Source: Scenedesmus sp. PABB004
Taxonomy: Eukaryota
DNA: 64,000 bases
NCBI GenBank assembly: GCA_014905635.1
Contig: JABVCE010000002.1
Location: forward strand, 2,418,001 to 2,482,000
Direction: 5' to 3'
Part shown: positions 1 to 12,377 of the stretch, one piece after another
Numbering within the stretch: the stretch's first letter is position 1
How the letters are laid out: every line of letters starts with the position of its first letter
Notes under the pieces: generated by a model
Seen by the model: the letters and a program-made list of their open reading frames with translations, nothing else
Told to the model about the DNA's origin: nothing
Database searches by the model: none
Position numbers and translations under genes: made by a program

Positions 1-1729
1 GAGCGGGAAGATGAGCGGGCGAACGTTGATCGACGCCATCTCCTCGACCACCTCGCGGGTGAACGCGCCGCCGGCCGTGCTGACGCCGATGAGCACGCTC
101 GGGCGCAGCGCGCGCACCGCGGCCAGCAGGTCGGGCCCGAGCGGCCCGCCCGCGCCCGCGTGCGCCCAGGGGCGCTTGTGCGCGGGCAGGGCCGCCGCGT
201 CGGCGCGCTCCGCGCAGATGAGGCCCCGGCTGTCCATGAAGTGGCACCGCGCCCGCGCGTCGGCGAGGCTCAGCGCCTCGCCGCGGCGAGCCGCGGCCTT
301 GACCATCGCCGCCGCGACGAGCTCGCCGATGCCCGTGCCCGCCTCGCCCGCGCCGAGGAAGAGCACGCGCTGCTCGTCGAGGCGGGGCCGCCCCGTCGCG
401 CGCAGCGCGCTCAGCACGCCCGCGAGCGTGATGCAGGCGGTGCCCTGGATGTCGTCGTTGAAGGAGCAGCACGACGCGCCGTGCCGCGCCAGCAGCCTGC
501 GCACGCGGGCGTGCGCGCGGCGCTCGGCGGCGGCCGGGCGCGCGCCCGCGCCCGCGGCGGCGCCCGGCCGCCGGGACCCTCTCTGCCGGCCGGCCGCCCG
601 CGGGCGCCCGCGCGCGCGCGCGCCTGAACGCGTTGCTGCTGCCAAAGTCCTCCCACTGCAGCAGCACGTGCGGCTGCCACGCGCGCAGCGCGCCCACAAA
701 CTCGTCGACAAACGCGTCGTAGTCGGCGCCGCGCGCGCGCGGCGCGCGCAGCCCCGGTAGCGCGGGTCGCCGCGCAGCGCCGCGTTGTCGGTGCCGACGT
801 CGAGGCAGATGGGCAGGCAGACCGCGGGGTCAATGCCCGCCGCGGCAGTATAGAGCTGAATCTTGCCCTCGCTGATGCCCATGCCGTTGGCGCCCAGGTC
901 GCCCAGCCTGCCGCGGTGTTCGCAGGGGGGGCGGCGGGCGCGGCCGCGCGCGCGGCGTCGGCCGCCGCGCCTGCAGGCTGGCGCTGTGCGCGCCGCGGCC
1001 CGCCGCGCGCGCGGACCCGAGGATGCGCTCGCCATCCGTCACGACCGTCACCCTCACGTCCTGCTGCCGCCACGCGCGCAGCTTGGCCAGGATGGCGCCG
1101 CGGTCGGCCAGGGAAATGTAGAGGCCCTGCGCCGCGGCGGTGTGCGTGTGACGGCGGCGGCGGAGGGGGCGCGCGCCGTGGCGGACGGCCGCTCGCCGCA
1201 CAGGCGGCGCGCCTGCGTGGCGATGGGCAGCGTGTGGTACTTCTGGCAGGCCTCGCCCACGGTGGGCGTGTAGATGTAGGGCAGCAGCTCCTCGGTGTGG
1301 CGCAGCAGCGCGGCGTAAAACGCGCGCGGGCCGGCCGCCTGCAGGCGCCGGAGCAGCACGTAGCGCTCCAGGCCGCCCGCGGTCGCGCGCAGGCGCGCGA
1401 GCGCGGCGTCGGCGGCGGCGGCGCCCGCTGCGGACGCGCCTGCGGGAGGCGCGCGCGGCGGGCGCGGCCGGTGACGCCAGGGAAGCGCCGCCCGCCGCGG
1501 CCGCGCTGCGAGCAAGGGGCCCACACCTCCGCAGGAGGAGGCGGAGATGTCGATGACGCCGCTGGCCCGCTCCTTGGCGGCGGGCGCGTCCGCGCGCGCC
1601 GGCGCCGGCGCCGCGGTCGGGGCGTCTGCCCGCAGCAGGCGGCGGCGGGTTGGAGCGGTGTCGGGGGCGGCCAGCACGCAGCGCGCAGGGGCTGCCGCGC
1701 CACGCACCCGCGACGAGGACCGCCTCCAT
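1..1729 (-). CDS. NAD(P)-dependent malic enzyme, multi-exon, 3' end runs off the window start
   Basis: Spliced exons encode [70 protein letters not shown] and FLGAGEAGTGI, which are malic enzyme signatures. The start at ATG 1729 is tentative. Confidence 0.93.
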
Positions 1730-1730
1730 T

Positions 1731-1756
1731 AACACACTGCAATATTGCAGTGTGTT
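1731..1756. repeat. 26-bp perfect zero-loop palindrome AACACACTGCAATATTGCAGTGTGTT
   Basis: The sequence equals its own reverse complement and lies directly upstream of the putative malic enzyme ATG. Confidence 0.95.
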
Positions 1757-2888
1757 TCTCGGGCACGCGCCGCGACCGAAGACCGGGCGGCTGGCGGGCT
1801 GCGAGGCGCGGGACGGCTGCGCGCGGGCGTGCGGCGTGGGCGGTGCGCGTGCGGGCTCGCGAGCGATGATGATGGCGCGGTGGTGGTGAGTGAGTGGCGA
1901 CGTGGTGCCGTGCCGCACCGTTGGCGGCGCGCAGGTCGAGCGCCCTCGCGGCCTGCGCCGCCGGCCCAGCGCCGCCGAGCGGGGACGGCGGCGGCGTCGC
2001 GGCGCCGCGCGCGGCGCCGCGCGCGGCCGGCGACCTCCACACGCGCACCGCCGGCCGGCCGCAAGGCGCCCGCCGGAGCCCGCTGGCGGGCGCGTGGCCT
2101 GCGCGGTCGGGCGCCGGTCAACGCAGCGCCGCTCGCGGCCGCAGCAGCTGCTGCAGCCGGGAACCTGATGCAGCGGCACCTCCCGCACCCGCACCGCGCG
2201 ACCCGGCTGAGGAGAGCATGGCGCGCGGGCGCGCTGCAACGTTCGTGCGGGCGCGGGGCGCGGCGCGCTGCGCGGCGGGCGGCGCTAGCTAGCGGCGCAG
2301 CAGGGAGAAAGCGAGACGGAAAGGTTCAACTGGCGCGCAACTGGGGCGGACCGCGGGCGGCGGCGGTGGTGGCGGCGGCCGCGCGAACGGCCCCGCGGCG
2401 GCGCAAGGGCTCAGCGGCGGGTGGAGCGCGGCCGCCGGATTCAAATTCTTCTCTTAGTATCCGTCACGCGCACAGGGTTGCGTCCTCGCCAGCGCGCGCA
2501 CGCGCACGGGCGACGCGGCAGGCTCGCGAAGCGCGGGAAGCGCCAGCCCGGCCACACGGCCCCCGCGCGCCCGCGGGATGGCGTCCGATGGCGTCTTCAG
2601 CTCGCCTTCCGCTCCCGGGTGCGTGCAGCGGCGCAGCGTGCAGCCGCGCCGCCGCGCGCAGCCAGCAGTAGCGCCGCCGCGCCGAGCTCGAGCTGCCGCC
2701 CCGCGCTGGCCGGGTGCCGCACGCCGTCGCCCGCCCGCCTTGCCGCCGGCCGGCCTGGCAGCCAGCCTCAGGCGCGCCTGCCGCGCCGCTGCCGCGCGCG
2801 CCGCAGCCCGCCGCCGGCACCCGACCAGCAGCAGCCCGACGCCGCGGCGCCGCCGCGGCCCGACGGCCGGGTGAGCCGGCTGGCGCGC

Positions 2889-4114
2889 ATGACGCGCGGC
2901 GGCGCCGCGCCGCCGGACGCCGGCGGCGGGGGCGCGCACGCCGCGCCCGGCGCGGCGCCCGCGCACGCCACCGAGGCCGCCAGCGGGCTGGGCCCGTTCA
3001 GCCTGTCGGCGAGCAGCGGCCTCGCCATCCTCGCCAGCCTGGGCCTCGCGCCGCCGCTGCCGGGGCGGCCGTGGCGTTAAGCGGCGCCGGCGCGGGCGCG
3101 CCCGCGGCCGCGCTTGCCGGCGCGCCGGCCGCCAAGCTGTGCGTGCACTGCGGGCGCCAGGAGCTGCGCCAGTGGCGCAAGGTCTCGCCCGACGACGCGC
3201 GGCTGCTGTGCAACCGGTGCTTCATGTGGCGCCGCAACCACGGCGGCGTGCTGCTGCCGCCGCTGGAGACCTACGGCGAGCGGGGCCACGTCAGCTCCAT
3301 GCCGGCGCACCTCATCTGCGCGGCGCCGCCCGGCGCCGGCGCCGGCGCCGGCGCCAGCGGCGGCGCCAGCCCCAAGGGCGGCGGCGGCGCGCGCGGCCGC
3401 GGCGCGCGCAAGGCGGCGCCCAAGGCCAGCGCGGGTCGCGCGCCGCGCGCCGCCGCCGTCGAGGCCGCCTGGCCCGGCGGCGCCGCCAGCGGCAGCGCCA
3501 GCTCGTCCGCGAGCGGCGGCCCGCTGGGCGAGGGCGGCCGGCGCCGCCCGCGCGGCAGCGGCACGGCCGCGCAGCAGCACGGCGCCGGCAAGCGCCGGCG
3601 CGGGAGCGGCGGCGGCGCCGAGTGGGAGGGGCCGTCGGACGACAGCGACGCTGACGCGTTTGCCGCCGCGGAGGTGCTCGCCGCCCTGCTGCCCATCCCG
3701 GCCAGCCGGACGTTGTCGGCCGACGACGGCGTGCCGGGCGCGTGCGAGCCGCCCGGCGTGGTCGGGCCGCCCGCGGGGCTGGCGCCGCTGCGCACGGCGC
3801 CGCGCGGCGCGGCCGCGGCCGGCCGCGCCGAGGCGAGCGCGCCGCCGGGGCCCGACACGCCGCAGTCGCTGCTCAAGCCGCCCGGCGGCGGCGGCGGCGG
3901 CGGCGGCGGCGCGTTCAGTGGCGGCGGCGGCGGCAGCGCGCCCGACGATCACGTCGCCCGGGCGGTCGCCGGTGCGCTGCTGTCGGGCGTGCCGGCTGGG
4001 GCGCTGGACCTGCCCGCCATCCGGGCCAGCTGGTGCCAGATGCGCGCCTGCCTGCACGCGGCGCGCTGCGCCAGCCCGCTGCTGGCCGCCATGCTGGGCA
4101 GCGGCGGCGCCTGA
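2889..4114 (+). CDS. GATA-type zinc-finger protein, with an apparent 1-nt frameshift at 3062-3065
   Basis: CVHC-x19-CNRC with internal QWR, followed by a basic, low-complexity region. The frame from ATG 2889 joins the finger frame if one G is added to GGGG at 3062-3065. Confidence 0.65.
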
Positions 4115-4739
4115 CCGTGTGCGGTCGGGCGTGCGCCGCCGCGCGGCGGCGCACGCAGTCGCGCCGGCTGCGAGAGCTGACCGCGTGCGCTGCATCTTCG
4201 ATCCTCTCTCCCACCGCCTACGAGCACTGCGCACCGCTTTCCCGCCTGCCTGCTCTGCCTGGCTCCCGGGCCCGCCCTGCCCGCACCCGCACTGCAGTTG
4301 CTCCGCCGGCCCCCGCCCCGCCGGCGGCGGCGGCCGCGCGCCGACGCGTCCCACGACCCTCGCCTGCATGCGTCACCCCTGCCTGACCCTGCCTGACCCT
4401 GCCTGACGGCCTCTGCGTGTGACCGGTCCGTGCTGTTACCCCAACAACGCCGCCGGCGCCAGCCACGCCGCCAGGCCGCTCTCTACGCTCTGGTGCGCGC
4501 GCCGCGCCCCGCACACGGCGCGGGCAGCGAAGGGGTCACGTTGGCGGGCCCGGGGCCCGCCCCACGTCAGTGCCCGCCCGCCCGGCCCCAGCTGGAGGGC
4601 CGCGCGTCCGTACTCGCCCGCTGCTGCAATGCACAAGGCGCCGGCGGCCCAAATACACATGAGTGTGCAGACTCGCAGCGCCGCCCGCCCCGCCGCCCCG
4701 CCCCGCCCGCGGTGGCGGCCCGCCGAGCGCGCGCGGCGC

Positions 4740-7700
4740 TCAGCCGGTGCCCTGGCTGCCCGCCGGCTTGCCGCCGCCGCTGCCGCCCTGCTGCTGCTGC
4801 TGCATCATCAGCTGCGCGAGGTTGGCCTGCGGCATGTTGGCGGGCAGCTGCCACAGGTTCATGCCCTGCGCGCCGGGCATGCCGGGGTGGGGCTGCATGC
4901 CTGCCATGCCCATGCCCATCTGCTGCATCTGCTGCTGCGACGCCAGCTGCTGCTGGGCCATGCCTGCGGTGCGGTGGCGAGCGGGCGGGCGGGCGGCGGT
5001 CACGGCGCCGGCCGCCGCGCGGGAGCGGCAGCGGCAGCGGCAGCCGGGGCGAGCGCTGCCGGCGCGCGCGCGCCACGCCCCTGCCCGCTCACCCATCTGC
5101 TGCAGCTGCGCGCTGCCCGCCTTCTGCAGCTGCGGCGCGCCGGCCATCTGCACCGCGAGCGCGGGGTTGAGCCCGGGGGCCATGCCAGGCATGGCCATGC
5201 CGCCGGGCCCGCCCGGCGCGCCGGGCGGCAGCTGGTAGCCCGCGCCCATGCGCTGCGCCTGCGCGGCGCGGCGCAGGGCGGGCGCAGCCGGTGAGCTGCT
5301 GGCGAGCGCGGCGCGGCGGCGCGGCGCGGCGGCGGGGCGCGGCGCCGGCGAGCCCGGCCGCCGCACCATGAGCTGCTGCTGGTACTGCATGCTCGCCTGC
5401 CGCTGCGCCATCAGCGCCTGCTGCTGCTGCTGGCTGCCCGGCGACGTCTGCATGCCCGCGGCGGCCGCCTGCTGCTGCCCCGGCTGCGGCGCGCCCGCGC
5501 GCTGGCGCGCCTGCGCCTGCTGCTGCGCCGCCTGCTGCTGCTGCTGCTGCATGAGCAGCATCTGCTTCTGCTGCTCGGCGCTCATGCCGCCGCCAGACAG
5601 CGTCGGCCGCGCGCCCTGCGCGGCGCGCTGCTGCACCGCCGCGGCCGCCGCCGCCGCCGCAGCCGCGGACGCCGCGCTGCCGCCCTGGCCGCCCATGAGC
5701 TGCGCCGACGAGGTCGGCGTGAGCGACGCGCCGGGCAGCGAGCCCTGGCGCGCGAGCACCTGCAGGTTGGCGGCGGTGGCTGCGCGGCGGCGCGCGGCGA
5801 GCGGCGGGGCGTCAGGCCGGGCCCGGTCGGCGGCGGGGCGCTCGGGCGCCGCCGGCTCGCAGCCCCCGCGCCCAGCGCACGCGCGCCCAGCGCACACGCG
5901 CCCAGCGCCCCCGCGCGCCCGCGCGCACCTGCCGAGTTGACCTGCCCCGGCGTGCCCGGCCGCTGCTGCATCGCCGCGATCTGCGCCGGCGTCAGCGCCT
6001 GGCCCGCCGCCATCGCCGCCATCGCCTGCTGCTGCGCGAGCTGCGCCGCCGCGGCGGTGCCCTGCGAGCCCACCGACGGCGACGCGCCGAGCGACGCCGC
6101 GCCGCCGCCGCTGCCGGCCTGCTGCGCGCCGCCCGGCTGCTGCGCGGCAGCGGCCGCGGCCGCGGCTGCGGCCGCCGCCGCGGCCGCCGCCTGCTGCTGC
6201 TGCGCGGCCGCCGCCGCCGCGGCCGCCTGCTGCTGGCGCTCCAGCTCCTGCTGCCGCGCCGCCGCCGCGGCGGCCGCCTTTTTGGCCGCCTCCTCCTGCT
6301 CCGTGATCTCCAGCGGGCTGAGGATGCGGCCGCCCGAGCTGCTCAGCGCCGCCTGCGTGAGCTTGAAGTGGCTCACGTGCGGCTCGGCGAGCATTGTGTT
6401 CTGCTTGCGCACGTTGTCGCGGTCCTGCAGCATCTGCGCCTTGCGCTTGGCGAACACCGCGGCGATCGCCTCCGCGTGGCGCCGGATGACGCCCTCGGGC
6501 ACGGGCAGGCTGCGCATGATCAGCTCCTTGGCCTGCGGCGCGGCGCGGCGCGGCGCGTGGCCGTGGGCGGCGGCGGGGCGGCGGCGCGCTGCGCGGCGCG
6601 CGGCGGGGCGGCGGCGAGCACATGGGCGCCGCGCTGGCGCCGCCGCGCGCCCGCGGCCGCGCGCCCGCGGCCGCGCACCTGCGGCTTGGTGATGGCGGCC
6701 AGGTTGGTGATGCCCAGCCCGCCCGCGCCGTCGCCCAGCGGCTGGCCGTCCGGCCCCAGCGCGCCCGCGCCCTGCTCCGCCGCCGCGGCCGCCGCCTCGC
6801 CGGCCTTGCTGATCTGCGTGTGGCGCTGCTTGCACCACTCCGAGCGCCGCGTCACGCCCTGCGCAGCGGGCGCGCGGCGGCGGCGGCGCGCCGACGTCAG
6901 CGCGCCTCGTCCCCTCGCCTGCTCGCCCGCTCGCTGCCCCTGCCGCGCGTTGCGTGCCCAGCGCCCAGCACGCCCAGCGCGCGCAGCAGCCCGCGCGCCT
7001 GCAGGCAGCAGGTGCTGGACAGCGTGTCGGCCACAAAGTGCCAATTGAAGCAGTACTCCATGACCAGCGCCGCCAGCAGCGCGTCGTCGTCGTAGCCCCA
7101 GCCGTGCGGCAGCAGCGCGCCCGGCGCGTGCGGCGGGCCGCGCCCGCCGGGGCCCATGCCGTGCGCGCTGCGCAGCGGCGGCGGCGGCGGCGCGGCGGCG
7201 GGGCGGCGGCGGGGCGGCGAAGTGGTCGGGGCGCCGGGCGCGCGCGGCAGCGCCGGCAGAGCGCGCACGCCGCGCCCTGACACGCTGCCAGAGCACGCGC
7301 CGCGCCGCACCGCGCGGCGTCGCCCTTGGCGCCGAGCTGGTGCTTCAGCCGCTTGTTGAGCCCGCCCGCGGCGAGGCTGGCGTCGCTGCCGCTGCGCACC
7401 AGGCCCGGCGCGCCCGGCGGCAGCGGGCCGCCGAGGCGCCGGTCGCCCATGCGGCCGCCCTTGACGCCCGCGACGTAGTCCTCGTCATCGTAGTCGCGGT
7501 TCTGCGCCGGGGCGGGCGTTCGATTCGATTTGAACGCGTCAGCTCGCGGCGGGCGCGGCGGGCGCGGCGGGCGCGGCGGGCGCGGCGGGGCGGCCACGAG
7601 CGGCGCGCGCACGCCCGGCGGGGCGGCGCGGCGGCCGCACCTTGCGCTTGCGCTTGTCGCGGCCGTACGCGGCGTGCGCGCGGCTGCCGGGCATCGCGGT

Positions 7701-9295
7701 GGGCGTCGCGCCGAGGTCGTCGAGCTCGGCGTCCACGTCCACGCGCACCTTGGCGCCCTTGCGCTTGCCGCGCTTGGCTGCGCGGGCGGCGGGCGGCGGC
7801 GGGCGGCGGCGGGGTGGGCCGCGGCGGCGCGCGGCGCGCCGCCACCCGCGCGCCCGCGCCGTGCGACCGCGCGCGCCGCCACCGCCGCGCCGCGCACCCG
7901 CCGCGTCGTCGTCGTGCAGCTGCGGCTCCGCCTTGCGCAGCTCCGCGGCGTGGCGCTCCGCCTGCAGCCACGCGACCTCCCAGTCAGCCTCATACTTCTG
8001 GGCGTACTGGTAGATGCGCAGCAGGCGCTGGACCTGCGCGCCGCGGCGGCGGACGCCCCCGCACGCGCGGGGGCCGGCACGCGCGTCGGCGGCGCGCGCG
8101 CGTGCCGCCGCTCGCCGCATGCCGCGTGTCGCGCGCCGCGTGCCGCGTGCCGCGTGCCGCGCCATGCCGCGCGCAAGAGCGCGGCCGCTCACGTCCTGCG
8201 TCTCCAGGTGCGCGAGCACGCACTGCGTGAACTCGCCGTTGTTCGCCCAATAGTGCAGGAAGTCCACCGCGAGCTCCAGGGCCGGCTCGTCCACTGCCAG
8301 GATGTCTGCGGTCGCCGGCCGGCAGCCACCCGTCGGCGGCGCGGCGGCGCGGCGGCGCGGCGGCGCAGCGGCGCGGCGCGCGCACCCGCGATGCTCTCGC
8401 CGGCGAGCTGCTGCTCCTTCTCCCGCTCCTTCTCCCTGGCCTTCTCGGCGTCCCGCTCGGCGTCGCGCTTGCCGCGGCCCTTGGCCGGCGTCTTGGCGGC
8501 CGGCGCCGGCGGCGCCTCGGCCGCCTTGGCCGCCTTGGCCGCGGCTGCCTCGAGCCGCCGCCGGCCCTCCGCCGCCGCGGCGTGGCCGATGTGGAACGCG
8601 GCGCGCCGCTTCCACAGCCGCTCCTGTGGAAGTGCGGGCGCGGCGCGGCGCCGGGGTCTCCCGGCCGCCGCCGCCGCCGCCGCGGCCGGCGCCCCCAACC
8701 TCCGCCGCGCGCGCGGGGCCGCGGGCGCAGGGCGCCCGCGGGGTCCGTCCGCACGCACCTGGCCCACGTCCTTTGCCATCCAGTGCGCCTCCTTGAGCAG
8801 GAAGTCCCAGTGCGTCAGCGGGCGCGGCGGGTCCTCGTGCCGCGCGCCGTACCCGAGCGCGCGGCGCTGCCACTCGGCCTGCGGCGCGGCGCGGGCGGGC
8901 GCGCGGGCGTCGGGGCGCGCGCGCCCGCGCGGCGCAGGCGCCCTCGCTGCCGTCGCCGGTTCGCCGGCCGCCGCCGCCGTCGCCGCAGCCGACAGCTAGC
9001 TCGCGCGCCGCACCGTTATCTGCCGCGCCTGCTCCAGGAGCGCATCCTCGCAGCGCCGCTGCTCCGCGCTGTCCTCCGCCGGCGCCGCCGCGCCCGGCTC
9101 GCCCCCGGGCCCGCCGCCCGGCTGCGGCGGCGGCTGCTGCGGCGCCGCCTGCTGCGGCGCGGCCTGCTCCGGCGCCGCCGCCGCCGCCGGCTGCGGCGGC
9201 GGCGCGCCCGCCGCGGGCTGCTCCTGCGGCGCGGGCGCCGCCGGCTCCGCGGCCGGCTCCGCGGCCGGCGCCGGCGCGGCCGGCTCCGCGCTCAT
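4740..9295 (-). CDS. EAF1: EAF1-like NuA4 scaffold (HSA plus Myb/SANT domain, Q-rich C-terminus), multi-exon
   Basis: HSA motif EDPPRPLTHWDFLLKEAHWMAKDVGQERLWK. SANT-like WGYDDDALLAALVMEYCFNWHFVADTLSSTCCLQGVTRRSEWCKQRH. Downstream segments KPQAKELI and PHVSH...LSPLEI resemble plant EAF1. Confidence 0.85.
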
Positions 9296-10217
9296 CCTCG
9301 CGCGCCGCTGCTCCGCGCGCCCCCGCTGCGGCTGCAGCGGGCGCGCGCTGTGCGGTCCGCCCTGCGCGCGGCGCGCGGCGGCAGCGCGGGCGGCGTGAGC
9401 AACGCGGGCGGCGCGGGCATCGGCCGCGCCGCGGGGCCCTCCCGGCGGCCGGTGGAACCCGGGGGCGGCGCGCGGGGCGGCGCGGGGCGCGCCCGCGCGC
9501 GCGGCGCGGCGCGGCCCCGGTCCGCTGTTGTTGAGCGCGCGCGTCGCGGCCGCCGCCGGCGCGGCTGCGCCTCCAGGAGCCGCCCGGCCGCGCATGGCGC
9601 GAGCGACGCGCTGCGCCCGCGCGCTGGCCGCGCCCCCGGCGGCCGCGGGTGGCTGGGGGCGCCGGGCGGGGCGGGACCGCCGGCAGCAGTAGCTGCGCGC
9701 CCACCTGCTGGCGGCCTCAAACGCCTGCCCGCCACGCCCGTGGGCGTCAGGCCATCAAGATCGCGACCTCCGCGCCGCCGCGAGCGTCGCGCGCGCCAGC
9801 GCGCCCGCCGTTTGAACCAGGGCTGACCGGGGAGGGGCGCGGCGGCCGGTTTCGCTTAGCTGAAAGGCGCTCCGGGCGTCGCCGAGCGCGGGGGGCTCAC
9901 GCCCGGCCCGCCAGGGCGCCGCTGGCGCGCGGGCCGGGGCGATCAATCAAGGCCGCGAGGCGGGCGGCGCCGCCGGTGCTTCGCTCGCGCTGCCGGCCCG
10001 GCTGCTGCGTCGTACGGTCGCCCAGACGCCGCCGGGCACGCGCAGCACGCCGCTGGTGACGGGTGCGGGACTTAGGGTCTAGCACGCGAAGCCAGCTGCG
10101 CCGCGGCCCCTGCCGCGCCGGGACAACCCCGGCGTCACGCGGTGGCCAGGCGCCGAGCAGCAGCAGCAGCAGCAGGCGCAGCAGGCGGCGCCGCTGCCGC
10201 CGCCGCTGCTGCGCACG

Positions 10218-11839
10218 ATGCGCGGCGACGGGCCGCCGCTTGCCGACGAGCCGCTGCTGGTGGTGGAGCCCGGCCCGCCCGACCCCGCGGACCTGCACCT
10301 CGCGGCGGGCTGCGCCCTCGTGCTCTGCGCGGTCACCGTCGGGCTCGCGCTCGCCCAGCGGTTGGCGCCGGCGCCGCGGCGCCCTGCGCCGCCCGCCTCG
10401 CCGGCGCGGGCGCAGCTGCGTCCCGCCGCCGCGAGCAGCAGCAGGTGGGCGCACCAGCGGGCGGCGCGCGCGCGGGGGGCGGCGGCGCCGTCTCCGCACC
10501 TCGCCGAGCGCACCCCCGCGCAGGCGCGCCGCCGGCGGCGGCAGCAGCCCGGCCGCGGCGCAGCGGCAGGAGCCCTGCCGCACGCCGCGCGGCGCGCCGC
10601 CGCAGCTGGACGACTGGGGCGTGCGGCCGCCGGACCGGCCGTTCTGCTTCCGCGCGCCCGACCACGACGACCACGCCGACGAGCCGCGCGGCGGCGCGGC
10701 GGCCTTCGCCACGCCGCCGCTGAGCGGCAGGGCCGGACGGCAGCGGGCGCCGCAGCAGCGGAGCGAGCAGCAGCAGCGGGAGCAGGAGCCGGCGTCCAGT
10801 GAGCGGCGCGCGTCGCGCCGCGCTGCGCCGCGGCGGCCTCTGCCGCGCGGCGGCGCCCCCGCCGACGCAGCGCTCCGCCGCCGCGCAGGCTGGGACCCGG
10901 AGCTGCTGGCGCGGTGCGCGGGCGAGTCGCCTTGGATCACGAGCGTCGAGGGCCTGCAGCGCTCGCCCGCGTACCGCAGCCACATCAGGTGCGACGCGAG
11001 CGCGGCGGCGGCCGCCCGCCCGCCCGCCAGCCAGCGCCGGCGGCGCCCCCCCCCCCCTCCGCCCCCCCCCACACACACACACACGCCCCGCGCGCGCCGC
11101 GCGCCGCGCGCCGCGCAGCCGAGTGCGGGGGCGGCAGCTCAACTACGAGACGGCCGCCCAGCACCGCCTGCGCGTGTACCGGGCGCTGCGCGACGTCGAC
11201 CCCTCCGGCTTCGCCGCGCTCTTCAGCCGAAAAGACCTCAAGGCGCGCGCGCGCGTGTGCTTACGGAGGGCCGCTCGCGCGGCGGCCCACGAGCGGCGGG
11301 CGGGCAGCGGCCCGCGGCGGGCGCCTGCTGCGCGCGCCGCGCCGTCACGCCGCCACGCTGCCCACGCGCCGCAGGAGTGGGACGCGGAACCGCCCTCGCG
11401 CGCGCGCGCGGCGGCCGAGTGCCTCGCCACCGCCGCGCTCAGCGGCGTGCTGCTGGGCCTGCCGTGGCTGCTGCCGAGCCTCGCGCCGCACCGCGCCGCG
11501 GCGGCCGGCGCGTGGCTCGCGCTGCACGCGCTCGCAGCGGCGGCCGGCTGCGCGTCGCCGGCGGCCCGCGTGCTGCACATGTACACGACTGCCGGCGAGC
11601 ACTCGATGGCGCCGCCGGCGGCCCTGCTGCTCGCCGCGGCGGCGCTCGAGGCGGCGCTGGGCCTCGCGACCGGCGGCGCCGGCGTGCTGCTCTCGCTGGC
11701 CTGCCGCCTCGCGACGCCGGGGCGGCAGGGCTTCGCGGACCGGCTGCTGCGCTTCACGCCGCTGGTCGAGGTGGTGCGGCCGATGCGCTTCAGCACGATG
11801 TCCCCCGCGCGCGGCGGCTCGCGGACGACGACTGAGTAA
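10218..11839 (+). CDS. Hypothetical membrane protein, multi-exon, model uncertain
   Basis: Protein-like exons (WDPELLARCAGESPWITSVEGLQRSPAYRSHI, NYETAAQHRLRVYRALRDVDPSGFAALFSRKDLK) and several hydrophobic segments, ending at TAA 11839. A probable frameshift lies near 10540. Confidence 0.5.
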
Positions 11840-12377
11840 GCGCGAATGCCGCCGCCGAGCTCCCGACGCGCGCGTGCGCTGCGGCTCGATCGGGCGGCCC
11901 AGAGTTGGGCGGCCTCGCTCCACAGCTCGGACAGCGCTCCGGGAGGCTGTCCCCAGCAGCTGGGGCCCGGCCGCCAGCTGGCCTTCGGTAACTGACCAGC
12001 GGCGTTTCAGCGCTGGCTCGCCGCCGCCGGCGAAGGCCCGCAGGCTCGACCGTGCCCGCCGCGCGGCGTGCGAGCTGGTGATTTTTTGCTTCCTAACTCA
12101 CAGCGATATTCGCCGCGGCCAACCGAGGCGCGCCGAGACCGTTCGGTTTCGCGGCATCCCGCATCAGCCAGGTGCGCGCGCGCGGCCCCCCGAGCGCCCG
12201 CGCGGCGCGTAAGGCTCAGAAACGTTCCCGTCAGCAGCCACAGCACGCTGAACAGCGGCGGCGGCGGCGCGGCACCCGGCCGCTCCGCCGCCCGCTGGTC
12301 GCGCAACCTGCCCACCGGCCGCCGCTCAACGCCGCTGACCCGCCGCCGCCGCCGCCCTGCGCACACGCGCCGCAGTC

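Noticed and set aside
4377..4407. (CCCTGCCTGA)3 and assorted (CA)n, (GCC)n and C/G homopolymer repeats
   Set aside because: These are ordinary simple repeats.
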